In this document: piece after piece, positions 60,444 to 64,000 of the stretch
Layout of the letters: each line of letters starts with the position of its first letter
Numbering within the stretch: position 1 is the first letter of the stretch
From: a virus
Strand: one strand, 5' to 3'
DNA length: 64,000 bases
Virus record (IMG/VR): IMGVR_UViG_3300034069_000619
Location: 1-64,000 of that record
Position numbers and translations under genes: made by a program
Notes under the pieces: model-generated
Seen by the model: the letters and a program-made list of their open reading frames with translations, nothing else
Told to the model about the DNA's origin: nothing
Database searches by the model: none

Positions 60444-61016
60444 ATGTGCTCTTGCAGAAAAATCTTCGACGCTGAACGGCAACGCATTCTGACCGCTCGC
60501 GGCACGATGACGGCGGCTGCCGCTGGCAAGCTCTTCGACCGCAACGAATGCACCATCATGCGGGTCTGGAAGTCGGCGCCGGGATATGTGCCGTTCCGCC
60601 GGTTCACCGCCACTGAACTGAGCCCGCGCGAAACGATCGCTGTCGATTTAATGCGTGCCAGTGGCGATGCCGGTGTGCTGCTTTCGGAGATCGTGGCGAA
60701 GGTTCACGATGAAGGGTGGGTCGCTAGCGCGAACACCATCCAGAGCAGCTTCACCTACATCAACGGCAAGTTCGAGCGGAGCGATCTGCCGGATCGTGTC
60801 AAGCGGATTTCCAACGGGAATAAGCCGGCGCGCTATGCGCTCGTGGCTGTTCCTGCCGTCGAGCCTGAGACGGTCTCGGAACCGACCGTCGATGTCGACT
60901 GGACCCCGTCCATCCCGTCCGTTTCTCGTCGCATCACTGGCGACCTCGGCCTCGGCTCTACGCCTGGCGCGATCGGGAGCGTGGCGCGGGTGAGCTTTCT
61001 GGATGGCCACGCGTGA
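60444..61016 (+). CDS. hypothetical early protein
   Basis: 190-aa ORF. Confidence 0.5.
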   Translation: MCSCRKIFDAERQRILTARGTMTAAAAGKLFDRNECTIMRVWKSAPGYVPFRRFTATELSPRETIAVDLMRASGDAGVLLSEIVAKVHDEGWVASANTIQSSFTYINGKFERSDLPDRVKRISNGNKPARYALVAVPAVEPETVSEPTVDVDWTPSIPSVSRRITGDLGLGSTPGAIGSVARVSFLDGHA

Positions 61017-61357
61017 AGCCGGCCCTCCAGGCTCTTGGTCGCCTCAAGATCGGCGAGATGAACAAGCAGGAGGCGGCTTATGCCGTGTTGCTGGAGCTTC
61101 GCCGGCAGGGGGGCGAGATCGCTTGGTATCGCTTTGAGGGCGTGACGCTGAGGCTCGCCGATGGGTGCCGGTATACCCCCGACTTCCTCGTCATGCTGTC
61201 GGATGGCCGACTCGAGGCGCACGAGGTCAAGGGTCACTGGCAGGACGACGCCAGGGTCAAGATCAAGGTGGCCGCGGCCCAATACCCGTTTCGCTTCATC
61301 GCCATGAAGCCCCGCGCCAAGCGCGACGGCGGCGGTTGGCTCGAGGAAGCGTTCTAG
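61013..61357 (+). CDS. DUF1064-like PD-(D/E)XK nuclease
   Basis: YTPDFLV...HEVKG...K.K motif arrangement. Confidence 0.6.
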   Translation: MKPALQALGRLKIGEMNKQEAAYAVLLELRRQGGEIAWYRFEGVTLRLADGCRYTPDFLVMLSDGRLEAHEVKGHWQDDARVKIKVAAAQYPFRFIAMKPRAKRDGGGWLEEAF

Positions 61358-61443
61358 CCGCCCCAGCGGCGTCCGAGATGCGGCGTGGGGTGCCTTGGCC
61401 CCACGACTGAGACCGCGAGGCCAAGGCTAACACGTCAACCTGA

Positions 61444-61722
61444 GTGACGCGCATGAACACAGATAGCACGAAATCCGCGATGGGCCACAACGTGGGTGGG
61501 GAACGTATCCGCTCCTTTCTGGAGCGAGGGCAGCGCTTGGCCGAGGATGCAAAAGCGATCCGCGAAGAGGCCAAAGAGATGTGGTCGGAGGCCCGTGGGG
61601 AAGGCTTCGATGTCAAAGTCCTCAAGCGCCTGCTCAAGATGATGGGCGAGGACAAAGCCAAGCGCGACGAGGAGCAGGAGATCTTGGATCTCTACGCTGA
61701 TGCCGCTGGCGTGGAGATCTGA
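61444..61722 (+). CDS. GapR-like (DUF2312) nucleoid-associated protein
   Basis: RIRSFLERGQRLAEDAKAIREEAKEMWSEARGEGFDVKVLKRLLKMM...EQEILDLYADAAG matches the DUF2312/GapR pattern. Confidence 0.75.
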   Translation: MTRMNTDSTKSAMGHNVGGERIRSFLERGQRLAEDAKAIREEAKEMWSEARGEGFDVKVLKRLLKMMGEDKAKRDEEQEILDLYADAAGVEI

Positions 61723-61725
61723 GCC

Positions 61726-61944
61726 ATGACCACCGCAACCGATCTCGAAATGGCCATCATCAACCGGACGGACAATCTTCGCCGTGAAGTGGACGATCTC
61801 GCCCAGCGCATCAGGACCGTGTGCCCTGAGCACTCGCGCGTTCGGACGGCTAGCGAGCTGCGCGGTATGGCGCACAGCCTCTCTCTGCTGACCGATCATG
61901 TGCTGTCGCGGGCGGACGCCCTGGAGGCCAGCCATGGACGCTGA
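61726..61944 (+). CDS. hypothetical small protein
   Basis: 72-aa ORF. Confidence 0.45.
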   Translation: MTTATDLEMAIINRTDNLRREVDDLAQRIRTVCPEHSRVRTASELRGMAHSLSLLTDHVLSRADALEASHGR

Positions 61945-62689
61945 GAACCCGCGCGCCGTCGTGGGGGACAATGCGCCCCCTGCCCCGACTCCCTATGAGC
62001 TTTCAGTCGAGGAGATCGAAGGCCTCTGGATTGAGGCTGAAAACTTCCTTGATGGCGAGCCTATCAGCTCGCAGGAGCAGGCCGACGCCGTCGCCAAGCT
62101 GCTCGATATGGCGAGGCAGGCTCTCGCCACTGCAGACAGCCGTCGCAAAGACGAGGTCAAGCCCTTCGACGAAGCGAAGAAGGAGGTGCAGGACCGCTAC
62201 CACCCCCTGATTGGCGATACGAAGGCCGGCAAGGGCAAGGCGGTTCTGATCGCTGAGGCCTGCAAGGCTGCGACCACAGTCTGGCTGATCAAGCTGGACG
62301 ATGAGAAGCGCCGGGTGGCTGCCGAAGCCGCCAAGGCGGCCGATGAGGCTCGGAAGGCGGCGGAGGCGGCGTTTGCCACCTCGCACTCCGACGACGTCAC
62401 GAGCCGCGCTCGGGCTGAAAGCCTCGCGGTGCAGGCTGATGCCGCTGACCGTGCCGCGACCCGCGCTGGAAACGACAAGGCGCAGGCCAAGGGAGGCGCT
62501 AGGGCGGTTTCTCTGCGCACCCGGCATGTTGCCAGCCTAACGGACGGAAAAGCCGCCCTGCGCCACGCTGCGGAGTTCTGGGCCGACGATTTGCGCGGCT
62601 GGCTCGTTGAGCGCGCCCAGCAAGACGTGAACCGCGGCATCCGCGCCATCGCTGGCTTCACCATCGACGAAGTGAGGAGCGCGGCATGA
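61934..62689 (+). CDS. hypothetical recombination-module protein
   Basis: Internal ATG 61934. Helical and Ala-rich. Precedes the SSAP gene. Confidence 0.5.
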   Translation: MDAENPRAVVGDNAPPAPTPYELSVEEIEGLWIEAENFLDGEPISSQEQADAVAKLLDMARQALATADSRRKDEVKPFDEAKKEVQDRYHPLIGDTKAGKGKAVLIAEACKAATTVWLIKLDDEKRRVAAEAAKAADEARKAAEAAFATSHSDDVTSRARAESLAVQADAADRAATRAGNDKAQAKGGARAVSLRTRHVASLTDGKAALRHAAEFWADDLRGWLVERAQQDVNRGIRAIAGFTIDEVRSAA

Positions 62690-63408
62690 CCGACAATCTC
62701 GCTCTCTGGAACATGCTCGGCCGCACGGACCCGAGCCAGACCAAGAAGTTTAAGCGCGGCGGCGGATTCGCCGGGACGGCGATCAAGCCCGTCTACACCG
62801 AGCAGAAGATGACCGAGACTTTCGGGCCGGTCGGCATCGGCTGGGGCTTCTCGCAGCCTCAGTTTCAGATCGTGCCGGGCGACAACAAGGAGGTCATGGT
62901 CTTCTGCTGGTTGACCCTTTGGTATGTGCACGACGGCGTGCGTTCGGGCGACATTCCTGGCGTGGGTGGTGACAAGATCATCACTCACATCAAGGCGAGT
63001 GAGCAATACAACCGTCCTGAACGCTGGGAGAACGACGACGAGGCGTTCAAGAAGGCTTTCACCGACGCGCTCGGGAACGCCATGAAGCACCTCGGCATGT
63101 CGGCCGACGTTCACATGGGGCTGTTCGACGACAGCAAATACATTCGTGAGGTTGAGGCCGAGATCCGGCACGAGCGGCAGGCCGAGAAGCCCGCGAATGA
63201 TCGCATCGACTCCGCCACGGTCTACGTCACCAAGGCGCGAGACCACGTCAGGTGTCTCAGCACGGCGGCAGCCATTGAACAGTGGTGGGTAGCCGAGGCA
63301 GGCGCCCGTCAAGCGCATGGGATCGCGAAGGGCGACACGCACTATGCCGCCCTCAGTCAGGTGTGCGCCGATCAGAAGCGCTTGATCAGCCAGGAGAAGG
63401 CCGCATGA
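62686..63408 (+). CDS. Rad52/Sak-like single-strand annealing protein
   Basis: FKKAFTDALGNAMKHLGMSADVHMGLFDDSKY resembles the Rad52-family SSAP core. Confidence 0.6.
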   Translation: MTDNLALWNMLGRTDPSQTKKFKRGGGFAGTAIKPVYTEQKMTETFGPVGIGWGFSQPQFQIVPGDNKEVMVFCWLTLWYVHDGVRSGDIPGVGGDKIITHIKASEQYNRPERWENDDEAFKKAFTDALGNAMKHLGMSADVHMGLFDDSKYIREVEAEIRHERQAEKPANDRIDSATVYVTKARDHVRCLSTAAAIEQWWVAEAGARQAHGIAKGDTHYAALSQVCADQKRLISQEKAA

Positions 63409-63863
63409 GCGCCATCGCCATGGTCAAACACAACGGCGGCCTGATCCCCGCCGATGACGGCGCGGCCGAAGCGCTGCGCCAAGTGAAGCAGGGTCGCGAG
63501 GTGCTGGTCGAGGTGAAGACGCCTCGCAGCCCACGTCAGCACCGGCTCTTTTTTTCGCTGCTGAGCCTTCTCGTCGAGAACGGCGAGGAGTTTCCCACGG
63601 TCGAAGCGGCGCTCACGGCGGTGAAGATCGGTCTGGGCGAATGCGAGCCTGTCATCAACGCTGCGACGGGCGAGGTCGTTTACGTCACCCGCTCCATCGC
63701 GTTTGCGAGTTGCGACCAAACCCGCTTCGGCAAGCTCTTCGACGACGCCACAAAGCTGATCGCTGATCGGTGGCTATGCACCGCTCCGGACGCTCTGCGC
63801 CAGCGGGTCTACGAGATGGTCGACGGCCCGGCCATGTCCTCTCTCGGTAGGAGGGTCGCATGA
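63405..63863 (+). CDS. DUF1367/NinB-like protein
   Basis: Internal ATG 63405 with ATGA overlap. SPRQHRLFFSLLSLLVEN motif. Confidence 0.45.
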   Translation: MSAIAMVKHNGGLIPADDGAAEALRQVKQGREVLVEVKTPRSPRQHRLFFSLLSLLVENGEEFPTVEAALTAVKIGLGECEPVINAATGEVVYVTRSIAFASCDQTRFGKLFDDATKLIADRWLCTAPDALRQRVYEMVDGPAMSSLGRRVA

Positions 63864-64000
63864 GCCTCGTCCCAGCAGTAGGCACTCAGGCCTATCACCG
63901 CTTCCGCGTCCACCAGGCAGTGCTCAAGGGCAAGAACCCCTTCGGCATGACGAAGGCTGTCCGCGACGACATGATCGAACGGCTCTGGGCCACCGGGGTC
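63860..64000 (+). CDS. 5' fragment of an early gene (runs off window)
   Basis: ATG 63860 overlaps the upstream TGA. The frame is open to the window edge. Confidence 0.4.
   Translation, partial: MSLVPAVGTQAYHRFRVHQAVLKGKNPFGMTKAVRDDMIERLWATGV

Noticed and set aside
1-64000. CRISPR arrays, rRNA genes, IS elements and transposases
   Set aside because: I saw no regularly spaced direct repeats, no rRNA-like conserved blocks, and no transposase-like ORFs or terminal inverted repeats. The only mobile-type genes are the three homing endonucleases and int/xis.

Overview
The whole 64-kb window is one high-GC temperate phage genome with a contractile tail. No host flanking DNA is visible, and a candidate attP spacer next to int is intact, so it looks unintegrated or excised. 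The alphaproteobacterial flavour (GapR/DUF2312, DUF3309, DUF551 and Rhizobiales-type integrase motifs) is inference from memory, not a search.

The layout is lambda-like:
- A CI-type HTH/S24 repressor (56685-57302, -) diverges from a Cro-like gene (57376, +).
- The rightward early operon leaves the window at 64000 and appears to re-enter at position 1. It carries a Rad52-like SSAP, a DUF1064 nuclease, a GapR-like protein and DUF551 proteins.
- That operon ends with a NusG/RfaH-like paralog (2337-3020) and an initiator-like tRNA-Met(CAU) (3199-3275).
- The + strand late genes follow in this order:
  - terS/terL, portal, Mu-F-like protein, DUF2213-type protease/scaffold, capsid and connectors.
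  - Sheath, tube, a chaperone with a -1 frameshift site, tape measure, baseplate and fibres.
  - A lysis block with an amidase endolysin at 38554-39336.
  - An accessory membrane-protein cluster (40551-43368).
- The leftward operon (56521 down to 43786, - strand) holds many small ORFans, a C5 DNA methyltransferase with a two-frame anomaly, xis and int.

Three free-standing homing endonucleases sit in AT-richer islands. Reverse-strand moron cassettes interrupt the head, tail and fibre/lysis modules.

The best leads for something undescribed are:
1. A translationally coupled membrane operon that ends in a membrane-anchored RHH protein.
2. The NusG paralog together with an exact ops-consensus 12-mer in a hairpin loop and a conserved 22-nt leader box.
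3. The A-B-A reading-frame mosaic in the methyltransferase gene.
4. The initiator-like tRNA and a degenerate tRNA-like cloverleaf.

All family assignments come from motif recognition by eye. No searches were run.
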